Source: Squalus acanthias
Taxonomy: Eukaryota
Length of the DNA: 64,000 nt
Reading direction: 5' to 3'
NCBI GenBank assembly: GCA_030390025.1
Contig: CM059425.1
Location: forward strand, 177,632,001-177,696,000
The notes under the pieces are model-generated. The model searched no databases and was not told where the DNA came from. It saw only the letters and a list, made by a program, of their open reading frames with translations. Shown piece by piece: positions 51,356-63,449 of the stretch. Made by a program: the position numbers and the translations under genes. Within the stretch, counting starts at the first letter, position 1, and the number at the start of each line of letters is the position of its first letter.

Positions 51356-51525
51356 CTGTACTGGTCAAACTTGGCGTATTTCATCCATTCACGAGGGTCG
51401 CTCTGGTAGGATTCCATAAGAGTCTGCACCTCGTCCACATCAATCTTGTCATTAGCGAAAATTTGGTGCAAAATCTGAATTAAATCCGCCAGGTTCTGAG
51501 GTTTTTGCATTTTCGTCTGCTCCAT
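51356..51525 (-). CDS. CDO1: Cysteine dioxygenase 1, coding exon 1 (170 nt)
   Basis: ATCATGG start; MEQTKMQKPQNLADLIQILHQIFANDKIDVDEVQTLMESYQSDPREWMKYAKFDQYR matches the vertebrate CDO1 N-terminus; donor AG|GTGAG. Confidence 0.97.
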
Positions 51526-51640
51526 GATCAAACCTACTGAGCCGATTCGCCAAATAACACCGTTCCCGTTTGCTGCTTGCAAGCAAACAAACAACCGCTC
51601 CGCCCCAGCCTCAGTCAATCAGCGGGCTGCTGGCGTCCTG

Positions 51641-51650
51641 CTATTTATAG
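51641..51650 (-). promoter_or_regulatory. CDO1 TATA box
   Basis: CTATAAATAG about 120 nt upstream of the ATG, in a locally CpG-richer region; predicts a TSS near 51619. Confidence 0.7.
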
Positions 51651-53684
51651 AATCTAGCAAAGCGCTGGGAAAGGACCAACGCGGCTCAAGGGGGAATGTC
51701 TAATTACGTTCGCTCAATAATTTATGTTTTCCAACTTTTCAATACAACGCGTGGAAGTCATGTAAGCTGATAAAATAATGTTATTGCACATAGTTATATA
51801 TAAAGAAACTGTTATCTCACTTGGTTAAGTTAATGAATAACCCGCACACAATTACCCCCTTTGGTTTACGAAGAGCGATTTCAGCGTGAATGGCTGGAGA
51901 CTGAGATGATTTGTTACATGTCTCCAATGGTACGGGGAAGTAGTAGAGTGTATGACATAGAATGCAATGCATAACTACAACAGGCACCGAAGAGCAGAGT
52001 TGACACTGTAAATAATAAGTTTTCTTTCTTTTGTATGATTTGGTGTTTATTGTGCCCCTCTAAAAAGGGGGCACTTTTGTTAGATCTTTCGTTTGATGGC
52101 ACTGGGGCAACCTAGTGTCCTTAAAGGTTCAATTAAAAGAGGCATAACTACAATTTAATATTCCTATGCAATAGAATTCTAGGAAACAGTAAACACTATT
52201 ATGTACGAAATGTTTTGTTTTCTTCTATGGCATGCTTCCTGGCCTCTGCCAATGTCAGTCTTAATTCAATGTTATAGAAGTGGGCATAAGTGGGTTCACT
52301 GCTGGTTCCTTACATGTGAGAAAACACTTCACCTTGGAACAGCCAGGATGAAATTGGGAATAAAAAGGAAAAATGCTGAAAGCACTCCGCAGCATCTGTG
52401 CAAAAAGGAATAATGTTCGGTTAATGTTTCAGTTCAATGACCCTTTGTCAGAACCTGCTGCGATTGGGAACTCATTGGGTGGGGAATCACAACCTTGAAC
52501 CATTGTACCAGTCCATGATCCTGCAGCAACATTTTGGCAAATTGCTATTAAAAAGTGCAATATTTCTGTACAAATACCACGCAACAATATAAGTTTTACA
52601 GTAGTTTGATTAGACTTGCAAATGCTGCTGCTGTCTCTGGTGAAGATTGGTGTACTTTGACTGCTTATTGTGCTGAGCAGTCCAATCAGATAATAAATAC
52701 ATTGGAATATATGATTATAACATTGTGTTTTTGTGCAAATAAACCCTGATGAACAGTGAACAGGTAAGAAATTATATGATGTATCAGCATCTCTCCAACC
52801 AATTTTAAAATATTTCTTCATTTATTTCATCATTTTACTTATCCCACTCCCCTTGGGTTGACTTGTGTATTGGTCTAGAACTTAATTTCACCCACCTGAT
52901 GTCAATACTTGGGATTTCCTGTCAATCTACTCATTGACTGTCCTCATTGGGGTTTCCACATTGGAAAGTGAGGAGGGGGCAGGGTTTAAATCAGTATTGA
53001 AATATTAGGAGGGTTTTTAATGGAACTGCTTCCCTTCCATAACAATACAATACAGTTTTGAAATTGAGGACTTTGAAGTTCCAAACCATTTGACATAACA
53101 GCCCCCTGCATTACTGCAGTGGGAAGTAAGTTGTGGGAAGGATTAAGTGCCAAACGGTATGCAAAAATCCATGGTTTCTCCTACTTACACTTAATATTTT
53201 ATAGTAGTTTTAAACAACATACTCAAAATGAAGGTTTATTAAAAATCAACATGGTTGCTCGGTCTGCTTTACTACCACTCTGCCTCTTTGACATGGCAAT
53301 GTCTTGATTGGGAAGTTGTAAAAAGTCGATGTACCAAAGCGCTCTGCTTCATGTTATTCAATTAGGAGGTGCTGGAGGAAGAGAGATGTTTACTTTTGTT
53401 CAAAAGAATTAATTAAGTTAAAGGTTCTTTGCCAAGTGTTAATAGACTATAGTTAACATCTATTGTGTGTTGAAATTATGTTAACTTGTCCAAACTAAGA
53501 TGATGTTTCTTTGGAATCCTCATCAATATCCCTTATCTGGCCATCCTTATCCTTTGCATCTAAAGGTTGCAAAGTTTGTTAGTATTGTTCAACTGATCAC
53601 CTTTATTTAACAGATCAGACTTGAACTCAACTGCCTGCTCTCTCACATGAATTATGGGCATAAAAATAGCATATTTTACCCTCT

Positions 53685-54155
53685 GTCAGCTGTGGCTCAG
53701 TGGGTAGCACACTCACCTCTGAGTCAGAAGGTTGTGGGTTCATAGTTCCACTCCAGGGACTTGAGCACATAAAGCTAGGCTGACACTCCAGTGCAGTGCT
53801 GAGGGAGTGCTGCACTGTCGGAGGTGCCGTCTTTCAGATGAGATGTTAAACCAAGGCCCTGTCTGCGCTCTCAGTTGGACGTAAAAGATCCCATGGCACT
53901 ATTTCGAAGAAGAGCAGGGGAGTTATCCCCAGAGTCCTGGCCAATATTTATCCCTCAACCAACATAACAAAAACAGATTATCTGGTCATTATCACATTGC
54001 TGTTTGTGGGACCTTGCTGTGTGCAAATTGGCTGCCGCGTTTCCCACATTACAACAGTGACTACACTTCAAAAGTACTTCATTGAATGTAAAGCGCTTTG
54101 AGATGTCCGGTGGTCGTTAAAGGCGCTATATAAATGCAAGTCTTTCTTTTCTTTC
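53685..54155 (+). mobile_element. Full-length tRNA-derived DeuSINE-like SINE (SacSINE1-like)
   Basis: Pol III A box TGGCTCAGTGG and a degenerate B box; central GTCGGAGGTGCCGTCTTT...AAAGATCCCATGGCAC block that I recall as the Deu domain; L2-type tail AAAGGCGCTATATAAATGCAAGT. Confidence 0.82.
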
Positions 54156-55648
54156 TCCAGCAGTTTAGTTGCTATTGCTATGGTGGATGGAGATGAATTA
54201 AACTCTGTAAATGTGCACTTACTTAATGCTTGCAAAGACTACTGTATTTTTGCCGAGGAACAAGATTGCATTTTTTTTTGGAGAAGCACTTTATCTCAAG
54301 TTCTATAAGATGAATTCAAAGTGACTTGCGTGATTAGTTTGTTTTGAATTTTTCTCTAGACTCCTGATATTGTGTTGTACTTTCAATATCTTGAACATAT
54401 TGGTTACTTCTGCAGAACATTCTATTCACTATTATTAGTTTAGCCTGTTATGAAAACAATCTGGGTGACTGATATTATCCTTCTTCTGAAGTGACACGAA
54501 ATGTAGCCATATAATAAGTGTCTGGGGTGGATGATATCCTTTTTCTGAAGTGAAATGAGATGCACTGGAATCCGATGTACTATCCAGTACCAAGTTTACA
54601 ATAAAATGGAGGATTGTTTGCCCTTCAGCGCACTATATCCCATATACTAAATTCATAAGGGTAAGTTTCAGATCATAAGGAGCAAGGGTTTACCTATGCA
54701 ATCTGCCTTCTGTGGTTAGAATGAGAAAAAAAGTTAGCGGGAGCAAGTTCAAATAGTTAAATAAGAACATAAGAATTAGGAGCAGGCGTTGGTCATATGG
54801 CCCCTCGAGCCTGCTCCGTCATTCAATAAGACCATGGCTGATCTTTAACCTCAACTCCACTTTCCCGCCTATGCATGCTATGTGAGAATAATTCATGCTT
54901 AACTGTCATGGCAAGATCCATTAACATATTAATAATAAAAAAGTATAGAGTAAGAGGGTTTTGAAAATACAAGTTTATTTCACTACTGATCGGAAGATTA
55001 TATCAAGTTTTTCTGTGGTTTTTAATGGTGGGTAGGCATTCAGACATGGTTAACCTTTCCACCATGTTAAGGTATTAAAGGAACTGTGTCATTATATATT
55101 GCTGAGATTCAAACTGCAGCAGATTTTGACTTTCCCATGTAGTCTAGCCCTAGTAATGGCTCATCTACTAAAATTCCAGCAGATTATGGCATGAGTGAGT
55201 TATGCATTACTTACAGAAACCCTCACCGAAAAGGTTGAACAGGTAATTATCATAGATCCACTCGCCATTAAAATCAAGAACAATTGCGAATTTGCTGCAT
55301 ATAAGCCAGTGTTTACGCCACTGTCACTTAGACTGAAAAATAATTCTGCTGGAGACCTGGCAGCACCATGACTTGCGTGTTTATTCAAGAAAATGGTTGC
55401 TCCACACAGTGCACAAAAGATCAGTTGAAGAGAATCCCCCGATCCATTCTCATAAAATAAATTCAAAGTGCTATGAGACATTTCTGAGAGACTCCATAAG
55501 GCAATAAATAACTAAGTCTTTGCTTATAGCTCTAAATTTTATAATAGACAACTCCACATTTATTTTAAAATTGATAAGTAATAGTGAAGGCAAAAGTTAA
55601 ATTATACATCTGGAAAACATGAAGAAAACATACCTTTGATAAAATAAT

Positions 55649-56399
55649 GGGCCAGAAATTCGGCTCTCCGGCTTCCCACGGGTGCAAGGATCGCGCGAGT
55701 ACTTACCTAGCGCGCCTGCCGTTGTGCTTCAGGCCCGCATGAAATTCGGCTCCTGGGCCTCCTGCAGCTGCCGGCGCGCAGTGCTTGCGTATCCCAGGGG
55801 CGCAGTTAGTTCGAAGCGTCCCCGGGATCACGTGGGCCATGGAGAGCCAATCGGAGCTGGGAATCTCCATTCATAGATTTTGACAGGAAGACCTGTCAAA
55901 TCTATGAATAGAGATCAGCCCCAAAACCTCACTAAAACTTCAAATAAATTTTTTTTTAAATCACATTTTTAAAATAACTATAAATTACATAAATTAACTA
56001 CGTTAAACAAAAATTTAAATTTTTGAAAAAATTAATTACACTTTTTAACGGTGCTAAAAATAAACTTCCCTTTCTTTAAAGTATGTAAAAAAGATAAACC
56101 TGTTGAAAAAATGTTTAAATTGTACTTAATTCACCACTTACCTTGTTAAAAGCAGGCCTTGCGCCTCCTTTTTTCCTGCGCAGCTTCTCCGTACTTACCC
56201 TCACGGAGAAACCTGAAAAAAAACCGAAGTTCGCTGCGTGCGCGCTGCCTCTCCGGCGCACGCGTTCAACCTCTGAACCCCTTCCTTCAGCGGAACGGAA
56301 GTTCCGGTTTCCAGCGCATGCGCAAAACCGGCACTTTCGTTGGGTCTACAGGTGAGTACACAACGCGTACTCACCCGTGGAGACCCGAATTTCTGGCCC
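55649..56399. mobile_element. Non-autonomous Harbinger-like MITE
   Basis: 21-bp TIRs GGGCCAGAAATTCGG(C/G)TCTCC; 3-bp TSD AAT (55646-55648, 56400-56402); GC-rich arms around an AT-rich centre. Confidence 0.88.
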
Positions 56400-56512
56400 A
56401 ATAGATCAGATGCAATTAGAAACTGAAGTTAGCTGCATTCACTTTTTGGGTTCATCCAGTTTGGAATTTTTTGGTGCTTTAAAATTATGATTAAATGTTG
56501 GCAATATATCAT

Positions 56513-56808
56513 AGGGAACGGTAGCATCGTGGTTATGTTACTGGACTAGTAATCCAGAGGCCTGGACTAATGATCCAAATCCCACCATGACAGCTGGGGA
56601 ATTTAAATTCAGGTAACTAAATAAATCTGGAATAAAAAGCTAGTATCAGTAATGGTAACTATAAAACTATCGGATTGTCGTAAAATCCCATCTGGTTCAC
56701 GAATGTCCTTGAGGGAAGGAAATCTGCTGTCCTTACCTGGTCTGGCCTATATGTGACTCCAGACCCACAGCAATGTGTTTGACTCTTAACTGCCATCTGA
56801 AATGGCCT
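56513..56808 (+). mobile_element. tRNA-derived SINE, 3'-truncated
   Basis: A box TAGCATCGTGG and a degenerate B box (GATCCAAATCC) in a tRNA-like head; no tail of its own. Confidence 0.6.
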
Positions 56809-56895
56809 ACATTTTGGGCCCCTATATGTGTCTTCTTGTCTCATTAAAACTTCTTTGGGGCGCTTTGGATTATATACTTTTCCACACCATGTCCT

Positions 56896-58303
56896 GTCCA
56901 CAAAAAGCAGGACAACTCCAATCCGGCCAATTACCGGCCCATCAGTCTACTCTCAATCATCAGCAAAGTGACGGAAGGTGTCGTCGACAGTGCTATCAAG
57001 CGGCACTTACCAATAACCTGCTCACTGATGCTCAGTTTGGGTTCCGCCAGGACCATTCGGCTCCAGACCCCATTATAGCCTTGGTCCAAATGTGGACAAA
57101 AGAGCTGAATTCCAGAGGTGAGGTGAGAGTGACTGCCCTTGACATCAAGGCAGCATTTGACCAAGTGTGGCATCAAGGAGCCCTAGTAAAGCTGAAGTCA
57201 ATGGAAATCAGGTGGAAAACTCTCCACTGGCTGGAGTCATACCTAGCACAAAAGAAGATGGTTGTAGTTGTTGGAGGTCAATCATCACAGCCCCAGGACA
57301 TCGCTGCAGGAGTTCCTCAAGGCAGTGTTCTAGGCCCAACCATCTTCAGCTGCTTCATCAATGACCTTCCCTGCATTATAAAGTCAGAAGTGGGGATGTT
57401 TGCTGATGATTGCACAGTGTTCAGTTCCATTTGCCACTCCTCAGATAATGAAGCAGTCCATGCCCGAATGCACCAAGACCTGGATGACATTCAGGCTTGG
57501 GCTGATAAGTGGCAAGTAACATTCGCGCCACACAAATGCCAGGCAATGACTATCTCCAACAAGCGAGAGTCTAACCACTGCCCCTTGACATTCAACGGCA
57601 TTACCATCGCCGAATCCCCCACCATCAACATCCTTGGGGTCACCATTGACCAGAAACTTAACTGGACCAGCCACATAAATACTGTGGCTACAAGAGCAGG
57701 TCAGAGGCTAGGTATTCTGTGGTGCGTGTCTCACCTCCTGACTCCCCAAAGCCTTTCCACCATCTACAAGGCACAAGTCAGGAGTGTGATGGAATACTCT
57801 CCACTTGCCTGGATGAGTGCAGCTCCAACAACACTCAGGAAGCTCGACACCATTCAGGACAAAGCAGCCTGCTTGATTGGCACCCCATCCACCACCTTAA
57901 ACATTCACTCCCTGCACCACCGCCACACCGTGGCTGCAGTGTGTACCATCTACAAGATGCACTGCAGCAACTCGCCAAGGCTTCTTCGGCAGCACCTCCC
58001 AAACCCGCGACCTCTACCACCTAGAAGGACAAGGGCAGCAGGCGCATGGGAACACCACCACCTGCAAGTTCCCCTCCAAGTTACACACCATCCTGACTTG
58101 GAAATATATTGCCGTTCCTGCATCGTCACTGGGTCAAAATCCTGGAACTCCCTCCCTAACAGCACTGTGTGAGTACCTTCACCACAAGGACTGCAGCGGT
58201 TCAAGAAGGCGGCTTACCACCATCTTCTCAAGGGCAATTAGTGATGGGCAATAAATGCTGGCCTTGCAAGCGACGCCCACATCCCAGGAACGAATAAAAA
58301 AAA
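56896..58303 (+). mobile_element. 5'-truncated non-LTR retrotransposon (CR1/L2-group RT)
   Basis: ORF 56802-58172: [42 protein letters not shown]; 3' end GCAATAAATGCTGGCC plus A-tail. Confidence 0.9.
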
Positions 58304-58309
58304 TATATC

Positions 58310-58725
58310 ATTGTATCATACAGCATTTGGCCTATGTGTCTGACGGCTCTTTGAAGAGCTATCCAATTAGCTCCACTCCCCTGCTCTTTCTCCACAGCCC
58401 TTCAAATTTCTCCTTTTCAAGTATATATCTAATTCCCTTTTGAAAGTTACTATTGAATCTGCTTGCACCACCCTTTCAGCTAGTGCATTCCAGATCATAA
58501 CAATACACTGCGTAAAACATCTCCTCCATGGCTTTTTTGCCAATTATCTTAAATCTATGTCTGCCAGTTACTGACCCTCCTGCCAGTGGAAACAGTTGTC
58601 CTTATTTACTCTATCAAAACTCCTCCAATTTTGAACACCTCTATTAAATCTCCTCTTAACCTTCTCTGCTCTAAGGAGAACAATCCCAGCTTTTCTAGTC
58701 TCTCCACGTAACTGAAGTCCCTCCA
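58310..58725 (-). mobile_element. CR1 3' fragment
   Basis: Antisense CR1 C-terminus and 3' UTR, similar to 48545-48885. Confidence 0.7.
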
Positions 58726-59014
58726 TATGGAGAATTAAAAATTTCCTTTTATCACTTGCAGGAATATTAACAACCGCAAGCAACCAGCTATGTTTCACAG
58801 AGACTCTCACTGTCAATCAGTTGTGCATTTTCTAGTTCAAATTCAAGCCTCGTTAATCAAGTAGATTTTATGGTGTCTGAATATCACGTCGTAGCAGCAA
58901 AAAAGGTGCCCAGTGTTTTTAATCTTAATAATTAAAATAATTTATGATGTGAAAGTCCTCTTGGTGTCACGTAAAACATTTACAGGTGTAAATGATAGCA
59001 ATTCCAGCATTTAT

Positions 59015-60165
59015 ACTACTGTTTCTTATCTACATGCTGCCCCTCGGCGACATCAACCGAAAACACAGTGTCAGTTTCCACATGTACACTGATGACACCC
59101 AGCTCTACCGCACCACCAATGTTCCCCCTAAGGTGTGCGGGTGTCAATCGGGAGGTCCTGCGCAGGCTTCTCACTAGCTGTTGCCGCTGGAAAAGATACT
59201 GCGCAGCAAATTTAAAGGGACCGTGCACAAAAAATAATTTGAGGGAACATTGCTCACCACCACTTCTCTCGACCCCTCCACTGTATCTAAATTGTCAGAC
59301 TGCTTGTCCAACATACAGTACTGGGTGAGCAGAAATTTACTCCAACTAAATATTGGGAAGACCGAAGCCATTGTCTTCGGTCCCCACCACAAACGATGTT
59401 CCCTAACCACCAACTCCATCCCTCTCCCTGGCAAATGTCTGAAGCTGAACCAGACTATTTGCAACCTTGGTGTCCTGTTTGACTCTGAGATGAGCTTCTG
59501 ACCACATATCCGCGCCACCGCTAAAACCACCTATTTCCACCTCCTTAACATCGCCAGACTCCGTCCCTTGCTTCAGCTCATCTGCTGAAACCCTAATCCA
59601 TGCCTTTGTTACCTCTAGACTTGGCTATTCCAATGCACTCGTAGCTGGTCTCCCATATTTTACCCTCCGTAAATTTGAGGTCATCCAAAACTCTGCTGCC
59701 TGTGTCCTAACTCGTACCAAGTCCCATCACCCCTGTGGTCGCTGACCGACATTGGCTCCCGGTTAACTAACGCCTTGATTTTAAAATTCTCATCCTTGTT
59801 TTCAATTCCCTCCATGGCCTCGCCCCTCTCTATCTCTGTAATCTCCTCCACCCCCACAACCCTCTGAGACATCTGCGCTCCTCTAATTCTGGCCTCTTGA
59901 GTACCCCCAGTTTCAATCACTCCACCATTGGTGGCCGTGCCTTCAGCTGCCAAGGCCCTAAGCTCTGGAATTCCCCTCCATAAACCTCTCTGCCTCTCTA
60001 CCTCTCTTTCCTCCTTTAAGATGCTCCTTAAAACCTACCTCTTTGACTTAATTTCTCCTTATGTGGTTCGGTGTCAAATTTTGTTTTATAATACTCCTGT
60101 GAAGCGTCTTGGGATGTTTTATTATGTTAAAGGCGCTATATAAATACAAGTTGTTGTTGTTGTTA
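59015..60165 (+). mobile_element. L2 LINE RT/3' end
   Basis: [39 protein letters not shown]; tail AAAGGCGCTATATAAATACAAG(TTG)n. Confidence 0.88.
59117..59252. mobile_element. hAT-type MITE (copy 3) inside the L2
   Basis: 10-bp TIR CAATGTTCCC/GGGAACATTG; 8-bp TSD CGCACCAC/CTCACCAC. Confidence 0.82.
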
Positions 60166-60559
60166 TTTCCTTTTAAAAATATATAGATTTGCTGTGCATG
60201 TTGCATGGAGAAAAACTTCTCAGATATTCCAAAATATCAGTTTCCTTGGATAACTATTTACAAAAGCAGGCACAATGCCCAGCACTTTGGATTTGTATCG
60301 GACATTGCCGAGTTGCTTCTGACACACTGCGATGCTGTAATCAATTCTCCAGCAAATTGTGGCCTAAATTCTACACTGGAGGATTGGGGAGCACAATGGT
60401 CTAACTTATGGCGTTCGCCATCAATATCGCCATTGCTGCAAATTCTGGGCCAATGGGGGAGAATACTTGCAAGATAAATTTGACTTCCAGTCTGAAACTG
60501 GAAATGGTGTAAACTATGGTGAGGCTAAGAACCTGGAGTAGCAAAATGCAACTTATGAA

Positions 60560-63420
60560 TCAATCAGATTATGGCAGGCTACAAAACACAAGAATACATT
60601 TGTGGGCGCCTTTTATATAAGCTTATGTCACCAAACTGCAAAATGTAACAGATTTTGAAATCACAACACAGATTATAGAAGGATGTTCATATCAAATACT
60701 GCTGAGCCCTGGAGAAAAAGTACACCTTAAATAAACTTTTAGAACTGGCATGAGCACTTGACCAAATCAAATGTTATATAGCAGAGGTAGAAACTAAAAA
60801 GAAAGTAAACCAGATAAACACTGGGGACAAAAATCCTAGGAGATAACATGCCAGCAAAGGTCAAAATGCAGCCACTGGTGACTTCCTGTTCTGATCCTGC
60901 CGAATTTTGCGGGCTCAGTGGGTGGTCACCTCAATTGCATAGGAACAACTCCCTGCACCACTAGGGGCGCACCTTACACACCTGTCTGCTTTGGGGGTTG
61001 TTGGTGTCAGGCCCCACAAAGCAAAATAGCAGTAGCCCATCGATCCCCTTGTTAGGGGGCCAAAATAAACTTGTACCTTTAAGAAATCTTTGGGCGGGCC
61101 CTGCTCCTGCCTTGAAGAGGCCAGTATGCCTCTTCCTTCTTAGCATACTGACCTCCGAAGATCTGCTAGACCTCTGCGAGGCAGAGGTTACAAAGACTCC
61201 CGATGGAGGGAGTCCCTGCCTCCTCTGCATTACTGGCCTTGTAAGCGGTGGTTGGAGGCTTTGCCCATTACCAGGCCCCAAGGAAACTCCCAGCGAAGGA
61301 TGGTACCCACTGCATCTGGGCTCCAGCTAATTTCTGTCTCTTGCACTGCCCTCCTGCTGGAGTTACGTTGGGACTGTGCCGAAAGAGCCGAGGAATTTCA
61401 GCCCCATTAAGTGTAAACTGTATGACACCAAAGCAAACCAGGTCAACTCTAATGTTTATGTTATTACTGCAGTGGAAGTTATCTCTATACTGGTTGAGTG
61501 TCTAACAAAGGGTGAAGAATGTCATGCATGCAGGAAACTAAACCATGTCTGTCAGTGCATCTAATGAAACATTGTGGCCCAGATATGTATGCATGGAAAT
61601 ATAGCCAGTCAAAACAGCTCAATGTGCAGCAAGTTACTGATACAGAACCTATTGTATGCAGCTCTGGAGATGGTGATGCATATTTATTCACCATATATCA
61701 GAATAGCACACTCATCAGTTCAGTAATCAACAATGAGTGACAACAATATATTTTCAAGAGATACCAATTCAAATCATTGTTGATTTCAATTCATAAAATA
61801 TTAATCGATGAATCAAATTATGAATCTATTGTTGCTGCTTCTGAATCTAGACTGGAGCTTCTTTACATGCAGAATCAGTTCATTCCAAAGGCACCTCTTT
61901 CAGTGCGTAGTAAATTTTTTGTTCACATGAGTTTGGGTAGCAAGCAGTCTCAGTTGATGTGTTTGTTATGAAGGCAAAGCCTGGTTCCCTATTTGACCTA
62001 TGTACAGATTAAGTTCTACAACTCATCAGTCTTCCTTCAGCAGTATGTAGCATCAATAGATCAACATCAAAGGATGCTTTGTGCAGAGAATTCTCTCATG
62101 TAGTTGACAGTACAGGCAACTGTAGGTCATGCAGGTCAAACTACATATTGACAAGTCTATTATTTCTATTGCTCAGTATCATTGTAAGAAAACTTCTCCT
62201 CTACAGAAGAAAGTTGAGGCAATGCTAAAAGAGTTGGAGAACAGTGCTCTAATTGAAGATCCAGATAGTCCTATACCTTGGGTTTCACTTCTAGTAATCA
62301 TTCCTAAGCCCAAGAATCTTAACAACACCATTGTGTTGATAATTGAGGAATGAACAAAGTCATTAAGCATGAAACTCCAACCCTGGATGAAATGATTGCA
62401 GAGGTAAACAAACAATGTGCTTTCTCAAAGCTAGACCTGAAATCACTAGCTTAATAAAGAGAGTTGTTATATTACAACATTTGCAATACATGTTGGTCTG
62501 AAACAATAGACCACACTTAGAATACTGCACTGAGTTCTGGTCTCCATATTACAAAAAGGGTATAGAAGCATTGAAAAAGGTGCAAAAAAGATTTACAAGA
62601 ATGATACCAGCACTGAGAGGTTGTAACTATCAGGAAAGATTGAACAGGCTGGGTCTCTCTTCTCTAGAAAAGAGAAGGCTGAGGGGTGACCTAATAGAGA
62701 TCTTTAAAATTATGAAGGGATTTGATAGGATAGACTTAGAGAAAATGTTTCCACTTGTGGGGGAGTCCAAAACTAGGGGCCATAAATAAAAGATAGTCAC
62801 TAATAAATCCAGTAGGGAATTCAGGAGAAACTTCTTCACCTAAAGAGTGGTAAGAATGTGTAACTTGCTACCACAATGAGTAGTTGAGGCAAATAGCATA
62901 GATGCATTTCATGGGAAGCTAGATAAGCATATAAGGGAGAAAGGAATAGAAGGCTATGCTGATCAGGTTAGATGAAGAAGGGTGGGCGGAGGCTCATGTG
63001 GAGTATAAACACCGGCATAGACCAGTTGGGCTGAATGACCTGTTTCTGTGCTGTAAATTATATGTAATTCTATGTAATACAAATGCTAACTTATGATCTA
63101 TCTTCAGCAACAGAGGTAAATCATCATATGCTTCGATAAGTTATTAAAGAAATTCCAGGTGTCTTGAATATAAGTGATGATATTCTGATACATGTTCGAT
63201 TGAGTGGGCCACCTTCACAGCATTCTTCACATTTTACAAGAAAATGGTGTTGCACGCACATCCAAAATAGGAATTGGCAAGGAACACCAAGGATATTTTT
63301 GCCTAGTTTTAACAAATCAGGGATTATCACCAAACCCCAAGAATGTTAAATGCAATCCACAATGCCACACTCCCAAAGAAGGGATCAGTAGTCTGTTGTC
63401 TGCTAATCATCATTACTTGC
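60560..63420 (+). pseudogene. Highly degraded Gypsy-type gag-pol remnant
   Basis: Gag-like QIIEGCS...LNKLLELA; knuckle CHACRKLNHVC; RT remnants VKLHID...WVSLLVIIPKP, FSKLDLK and NISDDILIH; many stop codons; interrupted by a CR1. Confidence 0.7.
62508..63080 (+). mobile_element. CR1 3' fragment inserted in the degraded Gypsy RT
   Basis: ORF 62571-62789 (VQKRFTRMIP...RLRGDLIEIFK); (TTCTATGTAA) tail. Confidence 0.85.
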
Positions 63421-63449
63421 TGTTGCAGGGAGGGTGACAACATCAATGT

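Noticed and set aside
51526..51618. N-terminal extension of CDO1 (MTEAGAERL...) in the ORF track
   Set aside because: It starts at a non-ATG codon at about the predicted TSS. Homology and a good Kozak context begin at ATG 51525.
52421..52454. Possible hammerhead ribozyme in a Penelope-like fragment (minus strand CTGACAA...GAAAC)
   Set aside because: The core deviates from CUGAnGA and stem II is mismatched; at most a dead relic.
53685..53760. tRNA gene-like sequence (also ~56513-56590)
   Set aside because: These are SINE heads continuing into SINE bodies; there is no complete cloverleaf or terminator.
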